Below are positions 36,010 through 49,860 of a stretch of DNA of 64,000 bases, piece by piece. The DNA lies in the NCBI RefSeq assembly GCF_006345805.1, contig NC_042997.1:111414001-111478000 (forward strand). The letters run 5' to 3'. How positions within the stretch are numbered: the stretch's first letter is position 1; each line of letters begins with the position of its first letter. Under the pieces are notes generated by a model, which saw only the letters and a list, made by a program, of their open reading frames with translations, searched no databases and was not told the DNA's origin. The stretch comes from Octopus sinensis (Eukaryota). Both the position numbers and the translations under genes were made by a program.

Positions 36010-36010
<1 letters not shown>
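35330..36010 (+). mobile_element. Internally deleted Helitron with RepHel fragments
   Basis: KAFKFPNETNGMCCSGSKVRLP..KNFLNNIRQNNPAFQMTLFGA / GFTPTFKVQGQVCHLIASLLP..FLQIYF; 3' hairpin CCCGAGCAACGCTGGG plus CTAG|T at 36007-36011. Confidence 0.85.
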
Positions 36011-36057
<47 letters not shown>

Positions 36058-36071
36058 CACATACACACACA

Positions 36072-36605
36072 CGAGGATGAATCAAAAAGTAATAGCATTT
36101 TGTTTAGGACAGGTATAATTACCAACACAAGAACCTGTATCATACAACAAAATAAAGCTGGTCCTCAGTGGATCACGTCCCTACTTCTTAACATAGAGTT
36201 TCTCTTAATAGCAATGTTCCTTCTTCGAATGAGAGCATATATCTCTGCCCTGTAAAAGTCTGTTGATTGTTCTTTGAGCCACTTCACTACAGTTTTCACT
36301 TCCTCATCACTGGACTATCATCTTTTCAGCGCCACGAAAGAGGGTTTGAGAGGCAAACATTATTCCAGTGACGAGGAAGTGAAAACTGTTGTGAGGAAGT
36401 GGCTCAAAGAACAGTCAACAGAATTTTACAGGACAGGGATACATGCTCTCATTTGAAGGTGGAACATTGCTATTGAGAGAAACACTATGCTGAGAAGTAG
36501 GGATGTGATCCACAGAGGACCAGCTTCATTTTGATGTATGATACATGTTCCTGTGTTGGTAATTATACCTGTCCTAAACAAAATGGCATTACTTTTTGAC
36601 TCACC

Positions 36606-36609
<4 letters not shown>
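36072..36609. mobile_element. Mariner-derived MITE with ~243-bp TIRs copied from the element's right end
   Basis: Arms 36072-36314 and 36364-36609; the interior encodes the mariner C-terminus DYHLF..KEGLRGKHYSSDEEVKTVVRKWLKEQSTEFY. Confidence 0.85.
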
Positions 36610-36669
<60 letters not shown>

Positions 36670-36851
36670 GCTTCTTTCAGTTTCTATCTACCAAATCCAC
36701 TCACAAGGCTTTGGTTTGCTTGAGGCTATAGTAGAAGCCACTTGCCTAAGGTGTCACGCAGTGGGACTGAACTCAGTGCCATGTGGTTGGGAAGCAAGCT
36801 TCTTACCACACGGCCACTCCTGCACCTATATATATATATATATGTATGTTG

Positions 36852-37490
36852 CTTGAGGAAACCTCTGTGAATGAGGAGACCTATTGACTCAAGTACATCA
36901 AAATAAAAATCAAATAGATATTGTAGTTGTGATACCCGTGCCGGTGGCACGTTGGGCCTCACAGAGGAAATGACAAAAGACCGAGACCTCTGAGATATGC
37001 TGTGACTGTGAAGACCCAACAAATGAAGTGAGTTTATGGCTCGCAGGACGGCCTGCTGTGCTAACCTTGGATCGTAGAGTGACCCATTGTGCTTGAGGAG
37101 ACCTATTGAGTCAAGTACGTCAACACCAACATCAAAATACAAATCAAATGGAAATTGTAGTTATGATATCCATGCCGGTGGCGCGTAAAAAGCACCATCC
37201 AAGCATGGCTGATGCCAGTGCTGCCTGACTGGCGTCTGTGTTGGTGACACGTAAAAAGCACCAACTGATCGCGGCCGTTTGCCAGCCTCCTCTGGCCCCT
37301 GTGCCAGTGGCACGTAAAAAACACCCCCTACACTCATGGAATGGTTGGTGTTAGGAAGGGCATCCAGCCGTAGAAACACTGCCAGATCAGATTGGAGCCT
37401 GGCGCAGCCTCCTGGCTTCCCAGACCCCGGTCGAGCCGTCCAACCCATGCCAGTATGGAAAACGGATGTTAAATGATGATGATGATGATG
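36852..37490 (+). mobile_element. RTE LINE 3' end with partial duplication
   Basis: ORF end TEEMTKDRDL*..AVTVKTQQMK*, 3' UTR, tail and (GAT)n. Confidence 0.78.
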
Positions 37491-37619
37491 GTCTAATTTA
37501 GGGTGGAAAGTGTAAGGGAGCTATTGAAGATGTGGTGCCAAATCCATCTTAGAGTGGTCAGATTGTTCAACTTGAACAATCCTAAGTTGATGTATATGGA
37601 GAAAAGAGTGGACAAGAAG

Positions 37620-37761
37620 GGAATGTATGCACACTCACACATGCACATAGGCACACACACACAAGCACATACATGCACACACTCATATGCATACATGTAC
37701 ACACAAATACATTCATATAAATGCATAAACACTTGTATATATGTGTATGTGCACACTTGTG

Positions 37762-37795
<34 letters not shown>

Positions 37796-38023
37796 CACAT
37801 ACACACATCGATACATCCACACACATTTACATATATACACATGGTTTTATGTTTGCAAGCATAATTATATGCATATTTACATATATGAATATATAATCAC
37901 ATGAAATTACATATTCATACTCAGATTTATATACACACATGCACCAACATTTTGTTTGTGTGTGTGTAAACTTAACACTGTGTATGTTTGCATGTGTATT
38001 ATACATTCTGATTGCATGTAATC

Positions 38024-38055
<32 letters not shown>

Positions 38056-38198
38056 CATATATATAATGTAGGTGTGTGTGTGTATTCCTGTACATATGTT
38101 TTGAATGTCTGTATGTGTGTGTGAGTGTGTGTGTGTGTATAAACCTATCACTATGTGTATGTTTGCATGTAACCTCTGTGTGTGTGTGTGTATATATA

Positions 38199-38240
<42 letters not shown>

Positions 38241-38291
38241 GTATGTGTGTGTGTGTGTGCGTATTCCTGTGCATATGTTTTGCATGCCTTA

Positions 38292-38325
<34 letters not shown>

Positions 38326-38330
38326 ATCAT
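37620..38330. repeat. Cryptic CA/TG/TA low-complexity region containing a ~170-bp tandem duplication
   Basis: CACT(A)TGTGTATGTTTGCATGT at ~37977 and ~38150; GTATTCCTGT(A/G)CATATGTTTTG occurs twice. Confidence 0.8.
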
Positions 38331-39798
38331 CAGTACACTAATTCACATTGAAATTGATTTCCCAACTGAGTCATAAAGGAGAGTGTGAGGGGGGAGTGAG
38401 TGAAAGAGAGAGAGTTAGATAGATAGAAAGAGTAAGAGAGTGAGTGAGTGAGTGAAAGAGGTTTGTAGGAGAGTTGTGAATGTGGTGAGTCAGAATTAGT
38501 CACCACTCCTCAGTCAACTATTTTCCTAAATGGTCTAATAACCAGGAGTGGAACTGGACAGTTGGCTGGCATAATGTTACAAGAAACTATAAATAGCGAA
38601 AACGGTAACGCTAGTTAGTCAGAAATTTGGTCCAGAAATCAAGGAATACAGCTTTAGTTTGAGATATTCTACAGAGCATCACAGAATTTCACGGCTTCTT
38701 CTATTACATGGAATTGGATAGCAGATAGGTGTTTCTTCCATCCGAAGAACAGAAATGGTTATATATTTCCTATATTTACTCCCTGCCTTAAAACTGGTTT
38801 CAAATTATGGCACAAAGCCTGCAATTATAAAAGTGGGGAACACAACAAGGAGAGTCAACAATTTGTGTGAGGATTTACATAAAAGACGAGGAGGAAAAAA
38901 TGGAAAAAAACAGTGAAAAGTGATAAATGTATGCAGAGTACAGAAAGTATGTGATAACATAACTGATGTAATCCACCTGATACAGGAGAATCTCCCAACT
39001 AGGGTCAGTTAAGGGATCCAACATATCCAGGATTACTTTGACCACCACAGGTACAGACCCCTTTCCCCTGCTCTCCAATCTACAGGTGCATAATCATCAT
39101 CATTGTTTAGCATCTGTTGTCTATGCTGGCATGGGTTGGATGTTTTGACCAGGGCTGGCAAGCTTGAAGGCTGCACCTGACCCCAGTCTGATTTGGCATG
39201 GTTTCTACAGCTGAATGTCCTCCCTAATGCCAATCATTCTGAGTGTGTAATGGGTGATTTTACATGCCACTGGCATAGATGTCATTTACAGGACACCGGT
39301 ATCTGCCATGACTGTGATTTTACTTGGCTTGATGCGGTCTTCTTCTCAAGCGAGACATAATGCCAAAGGTCTTGGGCATTGCCTCCAATAATAATAATTC
39401 TTTCTCACTTTGGCACAAAACCAGCAGTTTTGAGGGAGGGGCCAGTTAGTTACATTGACCCCCACTACTTGGCTGGTACTTATCTTACTGACCCCTGGAG
39501 GATGAAAGGTAAAGTCAACCTCAGTGACATGTGAACTCTGAACATCAAAACAGAAGCAATTCCACAAAGCATTTCGTCCACCATGCTAACGACTCTTTAA
39601 GTTATGATGATGTTGTAAGGTGAGTTGCAACAAAGTGAAATAATCCCAGTATATTACTGATATTATAATCGAGGCTGGAGTGATGAGTAATAAAGTTAAT
39701 ATAAAGTGTTGGTGCCCGGGCATGGCCACAGCCAATAGCTGGAACAAGTGAGATGGAAAGGAGTCGAACCAACAGAAAATGTAAATGAAGTACTCTCT

Positions 39799-39863
<65 letters not shown>

Positions 39864-40014
39864 CACATGCACACACACACTTGCACACGTCCATACTCAC
39901 AAGCATATGTCTATGCGCACATGCTTGCAAACATGCACATGTTTACACATACATGCTCCAAATCACACGCAACCCATATGATGTTACTTTTCAGTGCAGA
40001 TTTGATTCAGATTA

Positions 40015-40050
<36 letters not shown>

Positions 40051-41835
40051 TATTTATCTGTATGCATACATGTATGTGTCTGCATGTTTGCTAAGGTATG
40101 TGTGTGTGTGTGTGTGTGTGTTGTGTGTGTGTGTGTGTGTATGTTTCAAACCAAATCCCTCCCACCAACCCAACTAATTATGTTTACTCAGACTATAAGA
40201 CCGATAAGTATTTGGTCCACAATTCCTCTATATCTCCGTCATCTCTACCAGCTTAACTAAACACAGATAATTGCTTAGAAACTTTTGGTGAAGATAATCA
40301 ACAAAACAAACTTAGCTGGAAAGAAAAAAAGTAGTCTTAGAGATAAAACTGAATATCTGTATGCTTGTGATAACCTTTGACTGCCGTAGACATTTTCTTT
40401 CGTGGTTGCTCTTGTTTAAAATCTCTCCTCTACATAACCCCTACCTCCATATCACATAATCCCGTTCTACTTTATTCATAACATTCTCTCTCATTAATTC
40501 TACATCACCACCGAGCATGATCGTTGCCAGAGCGGCTATCTGGCCTCCGTGCCGGTGGCACGTAAAAGACACCATTCGAGCGTGATTGTTACCAGCATCA
40601 CCTTACTGGCACCCGTGCCGGTGGCTGAATACTACTCCCCTTCCCAGTTGAGAGATTTTGTCTGGCATGATACTTGGTGACCCTATTGGTGCTGGTGCCA
40701 CATAAAAAGCACCAGTGCTATGTAAAAAGCATCCAGTACACTCTGTGGCATTAGGAAGGGCATCCAGCTATAGAAACCATGCCAAAGCAGACTATGGAAC
40801 CTGGTGTGGCTCCAAGCCTTACAAGCTCTTGTTAAACCGTCCAGTCCATGCCAGCATGGAAAATAGACTTAGGATGATGATGATTTTTCATGCTTGTTTA
40901 GGTCAGACTGAGTTTATTGAGACAGATTTTAGATTTTCCACAACCAGATGTTGTTTCTATTTCCAACACTCAACTGTTTCAAATGAAGGCAATATCTCCC
41001 CATGGCCAGACATATTTTGACAGAACGTTGGAAAGAAATGACACTGCTTATACTACAGTGAGGCTCATTTACGACTATCACAATGACAAGACAAGGAAAT
41101 ACAAAAACACACTTACATACATGCTGGGCCCCTTTCATTTTGTCTACCAAATCTGTTCATAAAGCAGTAGTCAACCTGGGAATATAAAAAAACACTTGGC
41201 CAAAGTGCCACTCAGTGGGACTGAACCCCAAACCATGTGGTTAGTAAGTAAATTTCCTAACCAGATACCCATATTTCTCTTAAGTCAGTTTAGTTAACAA
41301 CATACTGAAACCCTTTAAAAATCCTTAATCCGTACTTTATGTCACGCTCCTACACACACCATTAATAATAACTCTGCAGATATTCAGCCTTTCCCAGCAT
41401 TGAAGAAAATCCCCTTTGAGTAATCCTGGCTTCACCTGGGAAGACCAAATTTGAAATACAGGAATTAAAATCAAGGATCCCAAAGATGAAGCCAAGGTTA
41501 ATTGTCTGTTCTGTGTTCTGGCATGTGAACAATATATGAGGGCTCACTTGTGAAAGGGTAGCTTTTATGGTCATCTGGTATTTTACACAACACAGCACCC
41601 ATGCTGGTGCCATGTGAAAAGTACCAGTACACTCTGTAAAGTGGTTGGCATTAGGGAGGGTATGCAGCCATCGAAACCATGCCAAGACTACAATAGATGT
41701 TGATTTTGCTCCTGGCCTTTCCAGCTCCTGTGAAACTGTTCAACCCATACCAGCATGGAAAGCAGACATTAAATGATGATGACAATGACCGTACCATTTT
41801 GAAGACTCTTGAAATAAGACTACAATGTCTTTTAG

Positions 41836-42230
41836 TACAGTTCTATATTTAAGAGATGAGGATTTATGTACATTATTTACATTTGACGGATATTTGTCCT
41901 CATCTTGTTTGTTGTTAACACGTTTTGGCTGATATACTCTCCAGGTTTCATCAGGTGTCTTGGGGAAATTTTGAACCTATGTTCTCATTCCTATACCCAT
42001 GGGTATATACTCATGTGTAGTGGTTAAGAGCACAGGCTACTATCCCCAAGATTTTGAGTTCGATTCCAAGCAGTGACCTGAATAATAATAATAATAATAT
42101 CGAAAATACCTTAGGAATGAGAACCCAGGTTCAAAATTTCCCCAAGACACCTGTTCAAGGCTGGAGAGTATATCAGCCGTTGTTAACAACAAACAAGATG
42201 AGGACAAATATCCATCAAATGTAAATAATG
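41836..42230 (+). mobile_element. tRNA-headed hammerhead SINE, copy 3 (older, degenerate HHRs)
   Basis: Inverted arm 41836-41993, tRNA head ~42012-42075, direct arm to 42230. Confidence 0.82.
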
Positions 42231-42679
42231 CCTTTAAAAAAGAATATGTATTTGTGAGAGATGTTTTGGTATTAAGAATCCAGGATGAACCACAAAAACC
42301 AACTTCATACTTTAACATCTCAGATCACTCACATAAAATGCCCCCCTCTTCTCTCCCTCACCTCTCAGTTGAAGCGTGTTCTTTAGTATTGTGAGTTACT
42401 AGACAACCTCCCTGGGGGTGCTCTCATTATAAAAGCACCCAGTCCATCCTCTGTAAAGTGGTTTGTATTAGGAAGAGTATCCAACCACAGAAACCATGCC
42501 AAAAATGAGACATGGGAGCAAGATATATTCCTCCAAACTCTTAGATTAGGAATTGACAAATTTCTTATATCATTGACCCTTCCTCCACTTCATGAAGTCA
42601 ACGATAACTTAGTTATCGTTGACTTCATTTAAATTTCTAAAATATGATTAAAAACTATAATAAAAACTTTGATTAAAAA

Positions 42680-43050
42680 ATAAGTCCCGTGCTAGTGACT
42701 TGTAAAAAGTACGATTTGAGCGTGATCGTTGCCAATGCCACCTGACTAGCTCCATGCTGGTGGAATGTAAAAAAAACACCATTTGAGCGTGGTCACTGCC
42801 AGTATCACATGACTGGCTCGGCATGTAAAAAGTACCATTCAAGCGTGGTCGATGCCAGTACTGCCTGACTAGCCCTCATGCTGGTGGCATGTAGAAAGCA
42901 CCCACAACACACTTGGAGTGGTTGGCATTAAGAAGAGCATCCAGCTGTAGAAACTTTGCTAGATCAGATTGGAGCCTGGTGCAGTCCTCAGTCAAACTGT
43001 CCAACCCATGCCAGCATGGAAAGCAGACGTTAAACAATGACGATGATAAT
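42680..43050 (+). mobile_element. RTE LINE 3' UTR and tail fragment
   Basis: Family subrepeats and tail. Confidence 0.7.
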
Positions 43051-43199
43051 GAATTCCTTTGTTCATTTGTATCATTATAGCTTTTAATAAGAAATATTTA
43101 GAGAAATTTAATGAAATTGATAAAGAGCAATCAAAATTCTGAGATATTTGGAATATTTAATGTGAAATACATGTTTGGTGAATACTAATTGATATCTCA

Positions 43200-44140
43200 T
43201 TGATATTTGGCTGGAAAGAATTTAGTAAAATAACCGTCATTATTAGATTGCTATAAGATGGGGAGCTGGCAAAATTGTTAGTGTGCTGGATGAAATGCTT
43301 AGCTGTATTTTACCCGTCACTATGTTCTGGGTTTGAATTTGACTGAGGTTGATTTTGCATTTCATCTTTTGGGGGTTGATAAATTAAGTACCAGTGAAAC
43401 ACTGGGGTTGATGTAATCGACTTGTCTCCTCCCTATAAATTTGAGGCCTTGTGCCTCTAGTAGAAAGGATTATTAAGTTGATATAAAGGCAGGGAGCTGT
43501 CAGAATTGTTACTACGCTGGGCAAAATGCTTAGCAGTAGTTCGTCCAGCTTTACATTTTGAATTCAAATTCTACCAAAGTCGACTTATTTCATCAACCCT
43601 GAAAAGATGAATGACAAAGCTGACCTTGGCAGAAATTGAACTCAAAATGTAAAGTAAGATGAAATGCTGCTAAGCATTTTGCCTGGCATGCTAATGATTC
43701 TGCCAGCTTGCCATTATAATAATAATTATTCTAATTTTAAAGCAATAAGCTGGCAAAATCGTTAGCATGCTGGGCAAAATGCTTTGCAGTAATTCATCTG
43801 CCGCTACGTTCTGAGTTCAAATTCCGCCAAGGTTGACTTTGCCTTTCATCCTTTCGGGGTCGATTAAATAAGTACCAGTTACACACTGGGATCGATATAA
43901 TCGACTTAATCCATCTGTCTGTCCTTCTTTGTCTCCTCTGTGTTTAGCCCCTTGTGGGTAGTCAACAAATAGGTATTTTGTCTGTCTTTACGTTCTGAAT
44001 CCAAATTCCACTAAGGTTGACTTTGCCTTTCATCCTTTCTGTGTCGATAAATTAAGTACCAGTTACTTATTGGGGTCGATCTAATCGACTGGCCCCCTCC
44101 ACCAAAATTTCGGGCCTTGTGCCTAGAGCAGGAAAGAATA
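43200..44140. mobile_element. Cluster of Meta-type SINEs in both orientations, including a dimer at 43745-44140
   Basis: At least four GAGCTGGCA/Meta-domain segments within about 1 kb. Confidence 0.75.
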
Positions 44141-44489
44141 ATTATCCTAATTTTGGCACAAGGTCAACCATTTTCATGAGAGAGGATTAGTTGATTTCAT
44201 CAACCCCAGTACATAACTGGTACTTTATTAAACTTGAAACAACGAAGGGCACAGTTGTGTTGGAATTTGAACTGGGTTTGTAAAGAACTGGATGAAATGC
44301 TACACAGCAGGATGTGCAAAGTGTGACCAATTTGGTTTGTTCGTCACTTTGATTAAAATGATTTCAAGTACAAATCTTGAAAATAATTAATATGAACTTA
44401 TTGAACTGACATAAATGCTTCACCAGCTGTAAATAACAGCCAAATTCTCTTCAAATCATTGTCTTAATTCTTTAGCATTTAAACCAGCT

Positions 44490-45014
44490 ATCATCATCAT
44501 CATTTAACGTCCGTTTTCTATGCTAGCATGGGTTGGACGGTTCGACCAGGGGTCTGGTAAGCCATAGGGCTGCACCAGGCTCCAGTCTGTCTGGCAGTGT
44601 TTCTACAGCTTGATGCCTTTCCTAACGCCAACACTCCATGAGTGTGGTGGGCGCTTTTTACATGCCACTGGCACAGGGGCCAGAGGAGGCTGGCAAACGG
44701 CCATGATCAGTTGGTGCTTTTACGTGTCACCGACACGGACGCCAGTCAGGCGGCGCTGGCATCTGCCACGTTTGTATGGTGCTTTTTATGTGTCACCGGC
44801 ACAGGTGTCTTAACTACAATTTCCATTTTTATTTTGATGTTGGTGTTGACGTACTTGACTCAATAGGTCTCCTCGAGAACAGCGGGTCACTCTACGATCC
44901 AAGGTTAGCACAACAGGCCATCCTGCGAGCCATGAACTCACTTCATTTGTCGGGTCTTCACAGTCACAGCATATCTCAGGGGCCTCGGTCTTCGTCATTT
45001 CTTCTGTGAGGCCC
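44490..45014 (-). mobile_element. RTE LINE 3' end
   Basis: Reverse complement of the 36955-37490 type, including the ORF terminus. Confidence 0.78.
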
Positions 45015-45747
45015 TATATCCATCCAAAATTTTCTACTTGTTTTATGTCAACCTAAGTTGGATCTGATCTCTCACACCTATCCTACAATGTCATTCTAAA
45101 AATAAACAATTACATCATCAAAATCTCAAAGCTTTGAGATTATGCCTGATTAATTAAAAAAAAAATTAGAATAAATAAGCAATAAACTCGACTAAATAAT
45201 CTAAATGCAGAAGGATTAAATAACGTAGTCCTACATTCCTCTAAAAAGATGGGATGGTCGTGGTTGGCATACATTTGATCATGCGTCTACTCTGTCAAGG
45301 TTGGCCTGGGGCTAAACAACTACAACAGCAACATGAACCTGTCCTCATCCTTAATGACTTAATACTCCACCAGAAACTATTACTCACCTGTAGCCTGTGA
45401 AAAACACCTTTTTATTAGTTGACAGGTAAAAGGAGTGGAGGTGTAACGCCAACTCATAATAATGAGTTTAGTTAATTTAGAATATTAATTTCCACCAACA
45501 GGATGTTCTCTCTTCAACGTTCTGTTTACAGAAATATGATTTCTGACATTTTAACCAATCAGGTCCCAGGTAAAAATAGGAAATTAAGTAACTGATCGGA
45601 AAGGTAAGGCACTTGGTGGGCATCGGTGATTATATACATATGTAGCAGGTGTGGAAGGGAGGGTGTATATGTGTGTAGGCGGGTGAATGTGCGTCGGCGT
45701 TAATTGTGTGTGTGTGTGTATGTAACATCACTGCCTGTAGAGAGGCT

Positions 45748-45794
<47 letters not shown>

Positions 45795-45795
<1 letters not shown>

Positions 45796-46190
45796 GGAGT
45801 GGCTGTGTGGTTAGTAGCTTGCTTACCAACCACATGGTTCCGGGTTCAGTCCCACTGCGTGGCACCTTGGGCAAGTGTCTTCCACTATAGTCTTGGGCCG
45901 ACCAAAGCCTTGTGAGTGGATGTGGTAGATGGAAACTGAAAGAAGCCTGTCATATATATGTATATATATGTATGTGTGTTTATATGTTTGTGTGTCTGTG
46001 TTTGTCCCCACCAACATCACTTGACTACCAATGCTGGTGTGTTTACGTCCCCGTAACTTAGCGGTTCGGCAAAAGGGACCGATAGAAGAAGTACTAGCCT
46101 TACAAAGAATAACTCCTGGGGTCAATTTGCTTGACTAAAGGTGGTGCTCCAGCATGGCCACAGTCAAATGACAAACAAGAAAAAGAATAA
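45795..46190 (+). mobile_element. CORE-type SINE, full length
   Basis: Head through tail, close to the apparent family consensus. Confidence 0.85.
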
Positions 46191-46329
46191 AAGAGGTATA
46201 TTTAGTGTAGGTGGGTGAATAATGTGTTTGGGGCATATAATTGTGTGTGTATGCATAACTGTAACATCGCTACCTGTGTGTGTATGTATACATGTAACAT
46301 CAGCAGAGGCTGATGCTGTGTGTGTGTGT

Positions 46330-46405
46330 ATGTTATACATATACATATATATACATATATATATAACATATATATATATATATACATATATATATATTAT
46401 ACATA

Positions 46406-46442
<37 letters not shown>

Positions 46443-46479
46443 GATATATACATATATATATATATATATATATCATATA

Positions 46480-46511
<32 letters not shown>

Positions 46512-46519
46512 ATATATAC

Positions 46520-46556
<37 letters not shown>

Positions 46557-46621
46557 CATACCTATATATATATATATATATATACATACATATATATATA
46601 TATATACCTATATATATATAT

Positions 46622-46652
<31 letters not shown>

Positions 46653-46657
46653 CATAC

Positions 46658-46704
<47 letters not shown>

Positions 46705-46870
46705 TCATATATCTATATATATACATCATATATATAATATATATATCATACATACATCTATCCTATATACTATATATACACCCCTATATATATAATACGT
46801 ATATCACACCCTATATATACGTATATACACATATATATATATATATACACCATATATATATATATATACA
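46330..46870. repeat. Long interrupted (TA)n/(TACA)n tract
   Basis: About 540 bp read directly from the sequence. Confidence 0.95.
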
Positions 46871-48439
46871 CACACACATATTTTTTGCCTGTTATGTTTG
46901 TTATATATTTTTTTCATTTTATATATATATATGATGATATACACACACACACACACATGTACATGCAAACACCCCCCCCCCCCCCTGTTCAGCAGGTGAT
47001 ATTCACCACTCCATCCTACATAACCAGCGACTGATCTCACACAACCATTCCCAAATCTAACGATCAAAGAATCAAATATAATTTTCTATTTTTCCTTTTG
47101 TTATTGCTTAGTCAGAGGATGGAGGTGTGTGTGGTGGAGGTGCGCATTTCAGCCTCCATAGTTATTTTCTGGGTCGTTGATCAAATATATATGTTTTAGA
47201 CTGTAGGTTATGATTTCAGGGAAACGTGGTCACCATTTACACATTTTGACTCAATAACTTCGTTTTGGCAATCCTTTGGTGTTGGTACATGATGTCATTC
47301 GCCCACACAACCCCTTCCCTCATGGCATAAAGAAGCTTGGCTGAAAAAGAGGGTGAATGACATCATCTCCTCACACTGAACTCTGTAGACCAATACTGAA
47401 GAAATCTCTTTCATTTTGTTATTGTTAAGGAGTGAACCAGTGGAATTGTTAATGCCTTGGGGAAAATGGTAACTAGAATGTCTTTTGGCTCTTTACGTTC
47501 TGAGTTCAAATCCTAACAAGACTGATTTTGCCCTTTATCCTTTTGGAAGACAATAAAATAAGTATCAATCAAGCACTGGGGTTGATATGATTATGAACCA
47601 CCGGCACAAGTGCCATTGACCCCACACTGGCATCAGCCATGACTATGGACCCACTTGACTTGACAGGTTAACACAAGCATGGTATTTTGCCAAAGATCTT
47701 GGTCGCCTGTCACTGCCTCCATGAGGCCAAACACATGAACAGTGCTTTCTATGTGCCACCAGCATGGGTGCAAGTCAGATGGCACTGGTATTGGCCACAA
47801 CTACAATTTCATTCAGTTCAACAGCATATCATCCATGTTTCTTTATTGCCCACAAGGAGCTAAACATAGAGGGGACAAACAAAGACAGACAAAGGGATTA
47901 AGTCAATTACACTGACCCCAGTGCATAACTGGTACATAATTTATCGACCCCGAAAGGATGAAAGGCAAAGTCGACCTCGGCAGAATTTGAACTCAGAACG
48001 TAATGACAGATGAAATACCACTAAGCATTTTGCCCGGCATGCTAACATTTCTGCCAGCTCGCACAGCATATCACCCAACAATTGAAGGGTGCTTTTAAAG
48101 GACCAGTTATGTGACACTGGCATCGGGCATGACAGAAAGAATTATTTGTGCATAGATCAGATATTGAACTTGTGGGTAGACCGGACCACTTTACTGAATG
48201 TGCTGGGTGCTTTTTATGTGGCACCAACACAAGTGTGAGGGGTGGGGGCAAGTTGATTACATCACCTCAATATTTCCCTGTTACTTTATCAACCCTAAAA
48301 GGATGAAAAGTAAAGTTGACCCGGACAAGATTTGAACTCTGAGCCTAAAGTAGTGATAGAAATATTGCTGAGCATTTTGTCCAACTCACAACCGGTTCTG
48401 CCAGCTTGCCGCCATTGTAATTCTAATTTTGGCACAAGG

Positions 48440-48830
48440 CCAGCATGGGTTGGATGATTTGACTGAGGACTGGTGAGCCAGGAGGCTGCACCAAGCTCCA
48501 ATCTGATCTGGCAAAGTTTCTACAGCTGGGTGCTCTTCCTAACACCAACCACTTCAAGAGTGTAGTGGGTGCTTTTACGTGCCACCGGCATGAGGGCCAG
48601 TCAGGCGGTACTGGCAATGGCCATGCTGAAATGGTGTTTTTTTTACATGCCACCTGCACAGGAACCAGTCCAGCGGCACTGGCAACGACCTCAATAGAAT
48701 GTTTTTTTCATGTGCCACCATAAGGCGACGCTGGTAACGATCACACTTGAATGGTGCTTTTTATGTGCCACCAGCACGGAAGCCAGTTAGCTGCTCTGGC
48801 AATGATCACGCTTGGATGGTGCTCTTAGCG
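48440..48830 (-). mobile_element. RTE LINE 3' UTR and tail fragment
   Basis: Family tail and subrepeats on the minus strand. Confidence 0.72.
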
Positions 48831-49860
48831 CTCTCTATAATAATGATGATAATAATAATAATAGTAATAATAATAATCTTTTCTACTATAGGCACAAGGC
48901 CTGGAATTTGGGGGTTAGGGACTAGTTAATTACATTAACCTCAGTGTTGCACTGGTTCTTTATTTATTGACCTCAACAGCATTTGAACCCACAAACGTAG
49001 TGACAGGTGAAGTACTGCTAAGCATTTTGCCTGCCATGCTAACAATTCTGCCAGCTTACCACTTTATAATAATTATAATAATAATAATAATAATAATGAT
49101 CCTTTCTATTATAGGCACAAGGCCTGAAATTTAGGGGAGGGGGATAGTCAATTACATCGACCCTCAGTTCTTAGCTGGTACTTAATTTAGTGACCCCGAA
49201 AGGATGAAAGTTAAAGTTGACCTTGGCAGAATTTGAACTCAGAACATAGGAGCAGAGGAAATACCACTAAGCATCTTCAGCCAGAGGGAAATATTACCTT
49301 GTTTGGAAACGGATGAGGTTTGGTGATAGGGAGCGCATCCAGCTATAGAATATCTGGTCAAACGGATTCTGTTCAACCCATGCAAGCATGGAAAAACGGA
49401 TGCTATGATGATGATGATCATGTTTTTGAACTTTTCAACAATTTGTAACACTCTTGTGTTTAATCACTCACAAGAGAATCTCCATTGTAAAATTTTGTAT
49501 TCTGAAGAAAATATTCAATTGAAAGTAACATATTTAAATATTTGACATCATATTAAGAAAATGAAAAGCCATATCTCTTATGAGATCTAAGTATTGATTT
49601 CTTTCAATTTTCTTCTAATATTGATTGATTTTCTTGATCTATATATAATCATATGATTTTCCTGATCTATATATAATCATATGATTTCTATCGACAAATT
49701 ACAAGGTAGATTATTCTCTAATTTATAAGGCAGATTATTTCCTTAATCTACAACAGAGGGAAAGTGATTAGCTTGTCTTTAATTGTTTTGATATTTAATT
49801 GGCTTTGAAGTGGAACTGCCGGTCAGGAGTTTGAATTGTAGTATTGTCATTGTTGTTATT

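Noticed and set aside
49620-49690. 28-bp tandem duplication near the tRNA pseudogene
   Set aside because: Ordinary slippage duplication with no further structure.
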